NCBI RefSeq assembly: GCF_009914755.1
Contig: NC_060929.1
Direction: 5' to 3' (one strand)
Source of the DNA: the human T2T-CHM13v2.0 reference genome, Homo sapiens
DNA: 64,000 nucleotides
Shown: positions 11,741-26,915 of the stretch, piece after piece
How the letters are laid out: the number at the start of each line of letters is the position of its first letter
Numbering within the stretch: position 1 is the stretch's first letter
Position numbers and translations under genes: made by a program
Notes under the pieces: generated by a model
What the model saw: the letters and a program-made list of their open reading frames with translations, nothing else
Told to the model about the DNA's origin: nothing
The model's database searches: none

Positions 11741-13854
11741 CCCATTTTCCAAGGGCTATTTTTCATGAAGACAAGTTGAATTTGTTCAGTGCAATGTCTA
11801 AAACATGGTTTATTTACCCTGAAGTAAGATAAAGATCCACTGAGGGTCAGAGGAAGGCATTCTAATGCTTGTAAATTGGACACATTGTAAAACAGTAAAA
11901 GCCAGAGAGAACAGCCAGCATGTTCCATAACTCAGGACCCTGACACATCATCTGTTTTGAGTAAGCTCAAGGAACTGCGACCCAGTCAAACTAACTCAAG
12001 TTGAGGGGAGTGAGGATACATATAAAGTACATGGCAGACACTTAGAATATGTTTATTGAATAAATGAAAGGGAGAAAATTATGAATAGGCAGTCACTTTA
12101 AATTAAAATGTATAAAGATGGGTTAATAGAGCTTTATATGACTTCTAAAATGAAGTATTAGTTGATTTATTAAGGTAGATCATAAATGAGATGAGTGCTT
12201 GAATTTGATTATGAAAAGGTATTTTTAATACAGACACTCGCTCTGTGTATCAACTACCTGCTACATTTTAATTACATGAGAAAAGAAGGGTAATGATGGA
12301 GTGTGAAATAGATTAAAGGTAGGAGACTTCATCCTAGCTAATATACAGATTTGCTTAGTAAATGGGTGAAAGTGATATTATTGGCATTAGTTATACTTTT
12401 CATTTAACACTGTTAATATATTGTGAGTTTGAGTAGCATCCGCTTCAATGCGGGTGCCAGCTTAGCTTGGGGACTTGGAAGTGCTTCCTCTACTGAGAAA
12501 ATCATGCTTCCATCTCTCAGTGCTTTGACTGTGTGGTCACTTTTAATCCATTAGCTCAATCCATCCATCTGAAAAATGGCCAAAATGTTGTTTTTTAAAA
12601 GCACCATAAAAATTGTAATGCAGAAAAACAAAAAACAAAAATTTATTTTTATTCCATGGTCAGTCCTAGGATATGGCTCTCTAATGTCCTATTTGGTTTG
12701 AAACTTCCTGTGTTTTATACCTTTGTGAGAATGTAAAGCATCAGGGATGATTTGGGTATCATAATTACTGCAAATAACATGAATCAAAGCTGCTGTAAAG
12801 TTATACAATCTATTGGGCATATCTGCTTCAATTGAATCAGTATTTCTTAAGCACACAGTTGAGTATACTATGCTTTGTGTAGAAACTAAAGATTAGAATA
12901 AAACAATTCTATACTTTAAGTACTCATAATTTACTAGGGAAGAAAACACATGTATAATTTTAGTACTTTCCACAAATTAAATGTTTTAAAGAAGTATGAA
13001 AGTTGCGGAAAGAATAAATTAGCTAAAGTTAGAGGGCACTGGAAGGCTTCTTGAGTTGTGTCACCAAGGATGGATAAGGCCTTTTGTGTGGTGGTGGAAG
13101 CAGAGAAAGCAGTGTGATTATAGTCTGGAAGCTGGTAAGTTAAACTTGATTGGGGAGCCTCAGGCATAATGGTTCTAGTATTGAGAGCTTAGGCCACTGG
13201 AGGGGAAAGAGGGGATGGGGAAAGATGAGAATAGGAGCTGACATGAGTAAAGTCAAAAAGGCTGCAAATTATAGACTTTGGAGAGGTCAAACTGAAAAGC
13301 TTGAATTCCAATTATAAAGAAATTACTGTGCAACTTTATCCTATTATTTGGACAATATTCGTGACCTTTTCCACTTACGAGAGTTTTCATACAACTAAAG
13401 TTATTTTTATGTCCTAGAATTGAGAGGAACAATGTTAGAAAATCTTCCTGGAAATATTTTTTGTCTTTGTATATCACACATAGCCATTCACACATGGAAA
13501 CTTCAGTTCTTACTGGTCATGTTGCTGTGAGCTCTGAATAACTCTCAGAAATCTGAACTTGTGGCCACATCACAAGGATCTGTTCATGCTGACTGAGTTA
13601 TTAAGCAATCATAGAAGAGAAGCAGCAAATCCCAAGGGCTTGCTGCCACTGAGAACCTGCAGGTCAGTCCTTCCATGGTAGACAGGGGTGGGGTTAGGTG
13701 ATTCAAACTGTAGAAAGAACCAGTAAATATGAGTTGGTTTCCCATCAGTTGGTTTGCCTGAGAATCATTAGTTAAGATTTCTAGGTTCAGAGTTGTTTGT
13801 AAATGATCTTTCTAGAATGACACTGTCTATTAAGGATTTAAAATTAACATTGAA

Positions 13855-13965
13855 GATGTCTATTTAGTCACACTTGTCACGTCACAATGTTCAACAGCTA
13901 CACCTGGCTAGTAGCTGCCATCTTAGAGCAGATACAGTTTATTTCCATCATCACAGGAAGTTCTT
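13855..13965. mobile_element. MER3-like hAT-Charlie fragment
   Basis: CTGGCTAGTAGCTGCCATCTT...ATTTCCATCATCACAGGAAGTTCT. Confidence 0.6.
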
Positions 13966-14478
13966 TGTTTCAAAACTGGTCCAAAATCTAATGTCCTACT
14001 TCTTAGCTACATCTTGGATGGCATGGTAAGGCCTGTGAACCAAAAAGTTCTTTGTGCCTCACCATACAACAATTTTTGCCTTTCCTTCCTGTGCCCCAGG
14101 CACTTTCCAAGACCCAGAGCTGTGGGATTAAGGTAGGAAAACAAACCAAAACCATTTTAATATAAAAAGGAGAAGAAAATTTCTCATAATCTGATTAACA
14201 GCCAAGATAACTACTATGTTTTTTAATCAGCTTTGTACCTTTTCCACACATTCATTCTGTCTCATTTCTTCCTTTCAATATTCTTAATTGGAAAAGTTCT
14301 GAGACTGTGCTAGATTTTTCATCTTGCCTGGGAGGAGCAAGGTGGACTTTTGTTGGGTGAAGAGCTGTATTCAGGAAGGAGTTGCAGGGACTGTTTCTGA
14401 GCCATATTCTCCCAACTTGTAAAATATACAGTTGGATCAGATGATACATAAGGTCCAACACCCTCAAATAATTTTTGT

Positions 14479-14726
14479 TTTTCTGTGAGACAGAGTCTGA
14501 CTGTGTTGCCTAGGCTGGAGTGCAATGGTGTGATCCCAGCTCACTCCAAAGTCCGCCTCCCAGGTTCAAGCGATTGTTGTGCCTCAGCCTCCTGAGTAGC
14601 TGGGATTACAGGCATGTGCCACCACGCCTGGCTAATTTTTGTATTTTTAATAGGGATGGGGTTTCGCCATGCTGGCCAGGCTGGTCTTGAATTCCTGAAC
14701 TCAAGTGATTTGCCTGCCTCGGCCTC
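14479..14726 (-). mobile_element. AluS, 5'-truncated by ~40 nt
   Basis: Antisense Alu ending at CTCGGCCTC; 17-bp TSD CCTCA(A/C)ATAATTT(T/C)TGT at 14462-14478 and 14723-14739. Confidence 0.92.
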
Positions 14727-14949
14727 ACATAATTTCTGTGTGTGATCACTGGGTCCTCCATATTCCCTGACCCAGAATGAGAAAGATGGACATCTTTTTT
14801 CTTCTAGAAGTGTGAGGGTGTGAGTGTGTATGTTTGCTTACTCTGTATCTGCTTAGCCAAAGATCCAATATATTAAGTGCCAGGGAGTATATCTTATGTG
14901 CCTTTATAAATTTCTAATCTTCATTCATTTAATTACTTAATGAATAATT

Positions 14950-15955
14950 GGTCTGATTATCTATTGCTACACAACAAGCTACCCCAAAACTTAGTGGCTT
15001 AATAAAACAGCAATAATTTGTTTTACTCATGATTCTGCAGATTGGGCAGAGCTCAAGGGAGATGGCTTGTCTCTTTTCCCTGATGTCTAGCACCTTAGCT
15101 GGGAGACTCAAAGGCTTGGGGTATCTCAACAGCTGGGACTGGAGTCATCTCCAGGTGTGTTTACTTACATGTGTGGGTGGTTGATGCTAGCTGTCAGCTG
15201 GAACCTCAGCTGGCCAGAACGCCTACACACAGCTCTTCCCTATGGGCTAACTTGGGCTTGCCCTTAACGTGGTTGCTAAACTCTAGAATATATGTTCCAT
15301 TTAAAGAAGATGGAAGTGCATAGCATTGTTATGAACCAGACTCAGAAGTCAGATTGCATCACTTCCACTCTACTCTGCTGTAGGCAGACACAAAGTCCTG
15401 CCTAAATTCAAGTAGAGGGCATATGGGCTCCACTTCTTCATGGGGGAATTGCAAAGTTCTAGAGGAGTACGTGGGATGGGAGATTGTAATGGATTGAATA
15501 GTGCCCCCCTACATTATATGCTCCTAATCCTTGGAGCCTGTGAGTGTTACCTTATTTGGAAAAAGGGTCTCATCTAAATTAAGGATTATGAGATGAGGAG
15601 ATAATTCCTGGATTACCCAGGTGGGCCCTCAATTCAATGACAAGTGTCCTCATAACGATGAGGCAGAGGAAAATTTGACACAGAAGAGGAGGAGGCAATA
15701 TGATCAGAGAAGCAGAGGTTGGCATGATAGGACCGCCAATTAAGGAAAGTTGATAGCCACTAGAATTGGGAAGAGACAAGGGATAGATTTTCGTCTAGAG
15801 CCTCCAGAGGGCTTGGAATTCTGGCTTCTAGAACTTTGAGAAAATTTATATTGTTTTAAGCTGAGAGTTTTGTGATAATTTGTCATGGTAGCCACAGGAA
15901 ACTGATACACAGATACTGCTATGGCCATTTTAGGAAAAGTACAATCTGTGCAACA
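14950..15955 (-). mobile_element. Old MaLR LTR (MLT1H-like) interrupted by a younger MLT1
   Basis: CTATTGCTACACAACAAGCTACCCCAAAACTTAGTGGCTT...CAGAAGTCAGATTGCATCACTTCC; the element resumes after 15914. Confidence 0.75.
15485..15909 (+). mobile_element. MLT1C/D-type solo LTR nested in the older MLT1
   Basis: TGTAATGGATTGAAT...GGAAACTGATACA with TG...CA termini and a 5-bp TSD GAGAT/CAGAT. Confidence 0.85.
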
Positions 15956-18027
15956 GTACCGCCACCATCAATGCTATTAAGCGTGCAGTCACCACACCTG
16001 TATTGAACATTGTTTGAACAATGTTAAGTGCCTGGCTTTGTTTTCTCTTACTCCTCACAATGACCCTGTGAATGGGGACTATTATCTCCTCTTTCTATGT
16101 AAAGAAACTGAAGCATAGAAGGCTTAATTCACCTGTCCAACCTTTTTAGCTAGTGGGTAGCCAGGTCAATATATAAACCAAGATATGTCTAACTTCAAAG
16201 CTTATGCTTTTAATTTTCTCTGAAAACATTTAGTGTCAAAAAGGAAAATGAATGTCTTATAAACAGTAATGAATTTACTTGTATAATGTTCAGTGGCAAT
16301 GGTGGTCATTGTATAGCTAGGGTCAATGAGGAATGGGCATTTTAAAATGACTTCAGTATTGGCTCAGCCATTGTCGACTCAAGCGGTTTTATTCTCATGA
16401 AAAATTTTAAGGGGTCATACTAACTACATAGCTTGTATTTATGTTAGAAGAATCATAATTTTGTTGCTTTTCAGTTACTTTTGTGCTTCACTCAGTTACA
16501 TGTAAACTGCTTGTTGCTTTGATAAATAAAGTTAAAGAATAGGCAAACAGTTCTCAGTAGTAGGGCAGCCTTTCTGTTTATTGTAGAAACCTCACTGAAT
16601 GCTTGTGTAGATAAAAATTATGCGTTTTGACCGGCTTTTAATTACCAGCCAGCTTTATTAAGTGGAGTACTTCCTAGGTCTCATGCCTAATATGTACTAT
16701 GGTCAACCCCCCAACTTTAGAATAAATAAGAGTGAGCAATGGATAGCAGAACTCGGCAACACTGACTTTCTGCAGAATCAGGCAAGTCACTGAGCCAGTA
16801 TTCATGAGGTAAAGGGTTAAAGTCTCAGTACATTCTGGTCCCTTAGCTAATCATCCAGTTTGGATTGGCCGATGTATGGGAGTTTTGACCATTATTACAT
16901 GAGGCTGTCATCTGCCATGTTAAGTAACCATGTTTTCTCTCTTTCTCTCATAATCTCTTAATTATATGATAAAATAGGAAGTATTGTCCATAAAACCCAA
17001 AGACAGAGGAAAAGTATCATTTGGGTCACTCAGTCACTCCCTGGGTAAAATCAGCTTTGTGCCATACATAGTTGCTTGCCATTTAATAAATGAATGCTTT
17101 ATAGTTCATATAAGCAATTTCAGGTAGTCTGAATTGAAACCTGCATTGCAATCCTTGGCAGGGAGGAGACAGCAGAAATAATTTGTGTCTTGTTCATTCA
17201 CTAGTGGAGAGCCTTGTGCTTCTGACTTATTTCCTAGTCTCAATTAAGTGAATGGTTTCTATTGGAAATCCTCACCTCTTCAAGTCAATTATTACTATAA
17301 TTATGATATATTGACAGCCTTATGAATGAGAAACAGTTGTTTATTCAACACATGCTTGTTGAGTTCCTACAGTGGGCCAAGGACTATACTAAGTGCTTGA
17401 GATATGAGAGTGAAGAAGAGCAAATGCCGTTCCTCCCTCATGGAGCTATCTGTCTAATGGGGAAGGGATTGGAATTACTAACACAATCAAATAAATGTAA
17501 AAGAACAGTCAGGATAAGTGGATGGTGTAAAGAAGGCAGGAAGGGGTGATTTGGCATAATTGAAGAGGGGCTTTCAAGTCAAGATGATTGCACAGATGTT
17601 AAAAATGAAAACTCAACAAAGGAAGCCAAAGTAAAATGAAGAAATGGGCATCTAGTAATGTTGTATATGGATCTGCAGAAAATCTGATGTTTCCTCTGGG
17701 AGAGGAGTTGACTGGTGGTGGTGGTGGGTGGGGAGACAGGTGGGAGAGGGGTGGAAGGCAACTTTTCCATGCTACCTTATGCTGTTGAACATTTGGTGAG
17801 GAGAATGCACTTATGTAACACTTGTGGGATTCAAGAAAAATTAAAAATAAGAAGCTAAAAGGGAAGAGAAAAGAATCATAAATAGAAATAGGGAAAAGTC
17901 ATGACAGTTGCTTTCTTAAGGACTATTTGGCTACCTTGTGGTATAATTGGGGACCTCACCTGTGAGGATAGAATCAGACTATAATTACTCATAGTGAATA
18001 CAAATACTGTATGTGTTATGAAAAGGA

Positions 18028-18101
18028 AACTGGTTTATAACAGGTCTTTTGCTTTCTTCTTTGGAGCTGGTTTATAACAAGTCTTTTGCTTTCTTCATTG
18101 G
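18028..18101. repeat. 37-bp tandem duplication (2 copies, 3 mismatches)
   Basis: AACTGGTTTATAACAGGTCTTTTGCTTTCTTCTTTGG / AGCTGGTTTATAACAAGTCTTTTGCTTTCTTCATTGG. Confidence 0.9.
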
Positions 18102-18866
18102 CACAAAACTGTATCTGGCCACTTACAGGTATATCAACATTGACCTCAGGATTCACAGGTTGATTATTGTCATTAATTAATAGGATAACATGTATTAAGA
18201 GCTTATTCTGTGCCAGGTGTGATACTGAGCACTTAACATAGAACATATTATCTAATCTCTGTAACAGCCCTAGAAGATGAGTCCTATAATTACCCTCGTT
18301 TCCCAGATGAGAAAATTAATCTAGAGAAGAGGTCAAGCCACTTTCCTAAGGTTGCAGTAAGTCGCAGAGCTGGGATATAAAGCCAGCCTAGACCCAGAAT
18401 TTCTAACAGCTGTTGCACATATCCTCCCTGATGCTCAGCAGTCTGAGAAGATACTGTCTCCATTCCTCAGAGCCTTAGTCTCTGTGCTTGTGGTATTATT
18501 AAGATGAGTCAACAGCAGGGCACATGAAGAATGCTGATGGTCTCCAGTATCCCTAAGATGCACTCATTTCTGGAACTTTCTTAATGCACACATATGAAGA
18601 TGAATACTTATTCACAGCTGGTGCTATACCTCCCATACAGCTTACTGAGAAATTGTTTTCTCTTTGTGTTTTCTAATGGACCTTATTGATTCTTTTCTGT
18701 CATATTGTATGAATCACCTACTGAACTTAGAAAGGTTAAGAGGCCTCACAACTGGTGGACTTAATTATGTTGGAGCAAATCCTCTCAGTCCAGACTTCTC
18801 AAATTCTTGGTTCATTTTCCATTTGACTCTCATTGTCCAGGGTTGCCCTGATCCCATAGTGCAAAG

Positions 18867-20100
<1,234 letters not shown>

Positions 20101-21194
20101 AAAGGATGATTCGGAAAAATCCTGATGTGCACATACATGTGATTTTAGGAGAGAAGCAGTGTAATTTACCAGGTTTTGAAGAAGACAGACCTGGAAGCTT
20201 CTGCTCTGTTACTGATGATCTAGACAATTATTGGCAAAGTACCTAATCTTCTCTGACCCTTCCTTTACTCATTTGTACTAGTGAGATTAGCAATACTTGT
20301 GTTGAAAAGTTGTAATAAAGATTAGAGATAACCAGAAAGTAGAGTATGGTAGGCACTCAGTGCTAGTTTTTATCCCTGTCAACTTAAAACATTTGGAGAA
20401 TTGTCTTACAAAGAGGAAAATAAGTTTCAGTTGCTAAAATTCAGCACAGAGTCATAAGCTCATGTTTAAAGGAATGACTAATAGAGTCTTAAAAGCATAT
20501 GTAACTTGGGTGTTGCTGAAAATCATCATTACTGTAAGAAATACGGTGACTCAAATATTTTATATGTACACATTATTGCTGGTTCAACTTAAAATAGGAC
20601 TCTGTGAAACACAGTAAACTATAGCTATTCTGGTGGATGAGATGGCCTATAAAGAGGTAAACTAAAATAATTATTGGTTGTGATGCATCCTCTGAAGTCT
20701 ACAGAGAGAGATGACAACGTGAAATTGCATGTGGATTACTTTGGACATGGATCAGCATTTGCCTCCCTGGAAAGGCAAATTTTAGTAGAAGCCTAAAGGA
20801 ATGATACTGAGACAGTCATGGGAAGAGCTGGGCAAGATTTTAGGCCGAAGGAAAAGCAAGTTCAAAAGCCCTGATTGAGAAAGGACTTAGAGTAGGCTGT
20901 CTATGTGTAGTGTCAAGAAAAGGGAATTGCCATTCAGACAGTCTCCACTGTAGGAACACACACCCTAAGTAGGAGCCAATGAAGAAGCAACACACATGTA
21001 CTTGAGTCTCCACACTGCACTATGTCATTCATGAGAGGCCATTTGACCTTTACTGGCTTATTTCTGATTTGTATGGTGTGATGCTTACATCAGGTGGTTC
21101 AAAATCTCTGCCTTCTTGGAAGCCCTCTTCAAAGCCAATATTCCTATTTGTCAATAAAGGTTGAGTGTTCAAATGGTTTAGAAATAGCATTCGA

Positions 21195-21669
<475 letters not shown>

Positions 21670-22689
21670 TCAGGGAATTATAGCAATATATTAATTGCCA
21701 TTTCTGATTATTTGCATTTAATTAAGGGGTACTCTTGAGAAATTGAAGGACAGCATAACCTCAAAATATGGCTTTACATCTGGGATAATTGACTATAATT
21801 TCTGTCTTTGCAGCTTTCCCTAAATTGTTTATTTCTCCAGATGGTTTCTAAAATCTATGATTTTACCTTTTTTTTTTAATGGGTGAGTAGGGTTTTCTGA
21901 TAAATGCTTATATGGTTTAGTTTTTGCAGCTAAATTAAAGCTTAATTAGTCAAAAATCCAGATCTGTGATATGTTTATGAAGTTTATACAAGCATAATTA
22001 ATTTCAGTTAATTGCACAAATAGCTTTCCGTGTAAACAATAACCTCTTCACTACTGACCTCTAAATGTCAGATTTCAGTTTATCTACATTTCTAGCCTTC
22101 CATGGTAACTCACGTATTTCTAAAAGTATTGTTCTTTCCTTTGATTTATGATTTTATTAAGGGAGTCAGTGATTACCCCTGCAACCCACGTTTCATGTTT
22201 TGAAAATGCAGTGAAAAAAGTATAACATTGCTTTTGTTTTGATGGAAGCAGAAAAATAATTTAAAATATGATTTTGGTATGCTCTCCTAAGTTTATTTCT
22301 TCTCATTAAGTTACCTAGGTTTTTTTAGTCTATTTGAATGACAGCTCAAATTTCATTGATCAGCTCAATGTCAAAAATAATAGCTATTATTTTTTTAAAT
22401 ATCCTGATTGTTTCCAGGATTTCTCTTCCTGAGAAGAATAACATTACTGTAAACTGAGCCAGATTCTCTTGCTGTATAAGCTGTTGCCTTTGCAGAGGTA
22501 TTTACAAAGCCATGCCTAATTCTAAGAAATTATTCTCTGTAAGTATGCCTTCACTTTTGATTGGCAATGAAATTTTCTTATTAGTTCCCTTATTTCCCTA
22601 ATAAATCTTACATATAGATTGAAATTGATTAATTTTGTCTTTTTCTGTCTACCTGGTTGAAGGGAAAGGGGATGTCATTGCTTCAGGAG

Positions 22690-22960
22690 CTCTTTCAGAA
22701 GACCCAGAAATGTCTTTCCCAGGAGCACACAGAAAAACTCACTACCTGTCACATTGGCCTGACGGGAGTCACATGCCCAGGTCTGGACGAATAACTGTAC
22801 CCAGGGAATGTGATTATGATCACTGGCTTGGTGGTCTCAGTCACAAGTCCCACACCTAATACTCAAGGCCTCTGGGCTGTGCAGGGAGGTATGGGCAGCA
22901 GAGTGAAAATGAGTCATTGCAAATGAAAGAGGAGGGGATGCTGAGAAAGCAGTCACAGAT
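22690..22960 (-). mobile_element. Ancient MaLR (MLT1K/L-like) fragment
   Basis: TCACATTGGCCTGACGGGAGTCACATGCCC motif; heavily diverged. Confidence 0.5.
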
Positions 22961-23899
22961 CTATCTCTCAGAACTGAATCTACTGAGTTATGCTGGGATT
23001 ATGACAGCAGAAGTCTGGGGGAACCTCTTGACTTTAAAGCGACTTTTCCCTCAAAATGGTCAGTATATATGAATTTGGAATCTGTAAAGTGTTCTTCCTT
23101 GCTGTATTCCTCCAAGGTTCACTAACAATCAGTCTTATAGAATCAATTCAAAAGGACCATGTTTTTGGTGCCTATCTTATTATTAGTGTCAGGGCTACAT
23201 TTTTTTTTTAATGCGCAATGAAATCCATGAAATACTTAGCAAGAATACTTTGCAAATTTGGCTTTGGGGGCAGTGCATGGCTTATAGGCAGAAGGAAAAA
23301 TATCTGACAATTGCATAAATTGAAAAACCCTTCATCCATTTCTAGGCTGCAGCTACCTATAAGCAGTTGAAAAAGGAGAAATCCAGTATGTGTGTGACTT
23401 TCAAGGAATCTTTAATGGTTCAATATCTTTTTAGTTTTGTACACAGACTATAGGAAGGTCATTTTTCCCTATGTGTATGAAGTTGGCCTCCCTCCCTTTG
23501 TGGGATTTTTGCTCATTTCAGAGGATAAGAAATGAGGACTGGCTATTGTTAGTGACAGGACAGTGCTTCAAGAATAATGAGAGTCACTCCTCCTTTTCCC
23601 TAAAGATTGGTAAAGCAAAAGTACACACTGGCTTGGAAACTTTTTCCAAATAAGTATCTTTGCCATTTTCTCTCCAGAACTGTAGAGAGCCTCCTTAGGA
23701 CATTTGAGTTATGGTCTGGGCTTTTTCACAAGCTATGAGACCTTGGGCATACTACCTGTCGCCTCTGGGCATCATGGTGCATGTTGGTAAAACGGAGAGT
23801 TGCAAGGGCATACTCAGATAGCTTTTATCTCTAACACTGTACACTTCTACAATGGAGAGAAGTTTAAAAAGGGACTTCTGATTTAAAAATGACAGTATA

Positions 23900-24052
23900 A
23901 AAATGTGCAACTCAATTTAAAAATGGGCAAAAGACTTGAATAGACATTTCTCTAAGATGTACAAATGGTCATCAAGCACATACAAAGATGCTGGAAATCA
24001 TAGTCATTAGAGATATGCAAATAAAAAGCACAGTGACTTATCGCTTCACACT
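23900..24052 (+). mobile_element. L1M ORF2 C-terminal fragment
   Basis: AAAAATGGGCAAAAGACTTGAATAGACATTTCTC...GTCATTAGAGATATGCAAAT. Confidence 0.8.
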
Positions 24053-24419
24053 CACATCCTCACACTCTCTTACCTACTAAAATGTCTGAAGATAAAACAG
24101 AATGAGGAATTATCTATTACCAAAAACTAGGAATTCCAATCAGTCTTTTCCCAGACTCTGGGAGGCGTCTTCATGAACCTTCAAGGTTTAGGAAACTACA
24201 TTAATGGACACAGTTGAAGATAGTATATGATATGCTTTCAGAAACAGGTCATTTCCTCCCCTCACCAGGAGTTCTTTAGGAGATGCTTTATCTTCTGACC
24301 TGTATTTGTACCCTGGATGCAAAAATCCAGTGTCAGTAGCAACTGGAAAGATGAGCGTTTTCTCTTCTTTCTGCATGGATGTTGTTTTTGAGTTCATTTG
24401 CACTACAGTTTTCTTTCCC

Positions 24420-24795
24420 CACATACATATGCATACATGTATGTATACACATACATATACACAGATATACACAGAAGTATTTGTGTATCTGTGTATGCAT
24501 AAATATGCCCATAAATATGGGCATATATGTGTGTATGTAGACATATATACAATATATACATGTATATATGTATACATACACACCTATTTACATGTATGTC
24601 TATATTCCCATGTGTATATGCATGTATACATAAATACATGTAAAATATACAGATATATTTAAATGTACATGTAAATATATACACGTGGGTATGTGTATAC
24701 ATTCATATATGCATATACATGTATACATATGTGTATACACATATACATGTAAATGTGTATGTATGTATGCATAAATATGTACCTTCTATACATAA
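24420..24795. repeat. Degenerate alternating purine-pyrimidine (TA/CA/TG) low-complexity tract
   Basis: About 375 bp of ATAC/ATGT/ATAT units. Confidence 0.92.
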
Positions 24796-25379
24796 ATCTC
24801 TGTAAGCAAGAGAAGGTACAAGAAGACATGAGTAGCCATGCAACCTAGAAAATGTTCTTAATAAATTTCATGTGTTCAGAATGTTAAAGACAAAAGCCTT
24901 CCTGACAAAATGAAGGCAACTTTGCAAATGTGAGACCATTCAGTCAGTGCCCCCATGGGTGCTCCTGAGAGCAGCATCGCGCTGGGATAAGTTTTTCCTC
25001 TTTGCTGTGTGAAGAGAGGGCATGTGGAGTCTACGGAAAAATACTACCAAGTGAGGAAGAGGAACATCATCCTGAGCACTTGAAGAAAGAGCACTCTGAT
25101 GAAAACAATTCACAAATCAGAAGAAAGGTTTAGAAAATTGAGGTCAGGTGGTGGTGGAACAGGGCAGGGTCATTGTGATTTCTCCATGGCAAGAGTGGAA
25201 ATTTGGAAGGACAGATCAGGCATAGATAGAAAGATTTTAAAATCAGGGGAAATCACCCAGGAAATGTACAGGTACTAAAAAGGCAATAGTCAAATAAAAA
25301 CCCACTTTGGAATCAGCAAATACTTTGTACTGAGAAAAAGTAAATTAGCTAAGTGAAGAATAAGAAGAGGTGCTTTGCA

Positions 25380-25850
25380 GAAGAAAAAATAAAACTGGTT
25401 AAAGAAATACATGTGATTACTATGGAGGATGGAGAATGAGCTATAGAAATTCCTAAGAATGATAGAAATTCTTGAGGAAGAGGCTAGAACTGGAGCTAAC
25501 ATAGCAACAATACAATGAAGAACATTCTTCTGAGCTGAACCTAGTGTCAGTTTTCATTGAAAGCCAGACAAAGTGAATGAAAAGATGACCACACCCAGAT
25601 AAATCCTGGCAAAGCATATGTTACCAGTGTAAAAAAAGAAAAATCTTGCAAACAAAGTCATGCCTATCAAAGAATTCTCCTTTAGAATAAAGCAGAAAAC
25701 AATAAAATATCTAGATACTTTTGAAGGGAAAAATGAATTCCAAGAATGTTTTAGTCAGATAAATGGTTTATCTTCTATAAAGAAATCTAAGATGCTTTCT
25801 CATGTATTTTAAGTGTCACAAAACATAACTTCTACACCCTCAGTTTGTGC
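25380..25850 (+). mobile_element. Possible ancient L1 ORF1 / HAL1-like relic
   Basis: A-rich strand bias and remnants such as GAAGAACATTCTTCTGAGCTGAA and ACCACACCCAGATAAATCCTGGCAAA; highly diverged. Confidence 0.4.
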
Positions 25851-26915
25851 CAGCCAACTAATAGCTAAGTACAGAATAGCCCCAAAATGAGAGACTTGTG
25901 CTATAAAATGACTGGGGGAGGTAAGCTCTGGAACTATTAACATATGAAAAATTTCTAAACATTTTCTGCAAATTATAAAATGCCAGTTGTAAACTGTTGA
26001 GAAACACATAAGATGTTTATCTAAAATTCAGTATCTAAAATGCCAGATTTACATCCACAAAGGTGAGAAAGGGGTAGAAAGAGGATGCAGGAAAGGGCAT
26101 GGAGATATGAATTTCTGCAAAATGATGTGTATTATGTAGGAGCAATTTAAAAACTAACTTTTCAGTTTTTGATAGTAAGTAAAATGTGGATTGAATTTTT
26201 TTTAAAACAACAACAACAACCTTAAGAGGTATATGTTTTCCAAACCTTGAGAGGAAAGGGTAGGAAATTGTTATTCAAAAATAATAGGCAGAAAGCACAA
26301 AACAGAGAAGCAAGCTTGAAGTGTATTCAGATTCATTTTTTTAAAAGGCTCAATCTATGTGTTAATTCTAACCTGGAATCAGTCATGTAGTTTTGCAACA
26401 TATTGGAACATACGGAACAACATTTAGCTGTAGATCTTTGACCCTGAAGGGATGTTGACAATCTACACCATTCCCTCCTACAGTATGGAAGCTCCCCTCT
26501 GACTTATTCCATGTGGCAGCCCTGTGGAATGGTCCTAACCACAGCCAGACGGGGAGTTAGCATTAGGCCCAGCTGTGGCTCAGCCTCGCTGATGACTATG
26601 CCTGCTGCTTTCAACTGTGGTTGTGTTGTAAGCTAGGTGGTTGTTGGAGGTGCCGCACAAGCTTGGTGACACAGCATGAACATTGTGCCAGGATAAATGT
26701 CATGACTATTTGAGCTAGGTTTGACCTTCAGCAATGTTGTGAAATCTGTGCCCTTATGTAGAAACTATTTGTTCATAGTTTCTCAGCATTTTCAATATAT
26801 TTTTTAATTGAGGAGCTTTCCAAAACATACTAAAACCTATCCTAGCCTTTACCCTTCCAAAAACTGGAGTGCTTCTTCAGTATCTTTAGCTTAAACAGTC
26901 TGTATTCACGCTTGC

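Noticed and set aside
24188-24702. Overlapping Tyr/Ile/His/Cys-rich ORFs on both strands
   Set aside because: Artefact of the low-complexity TA/CA/TG tract, which is poor in stop codons.
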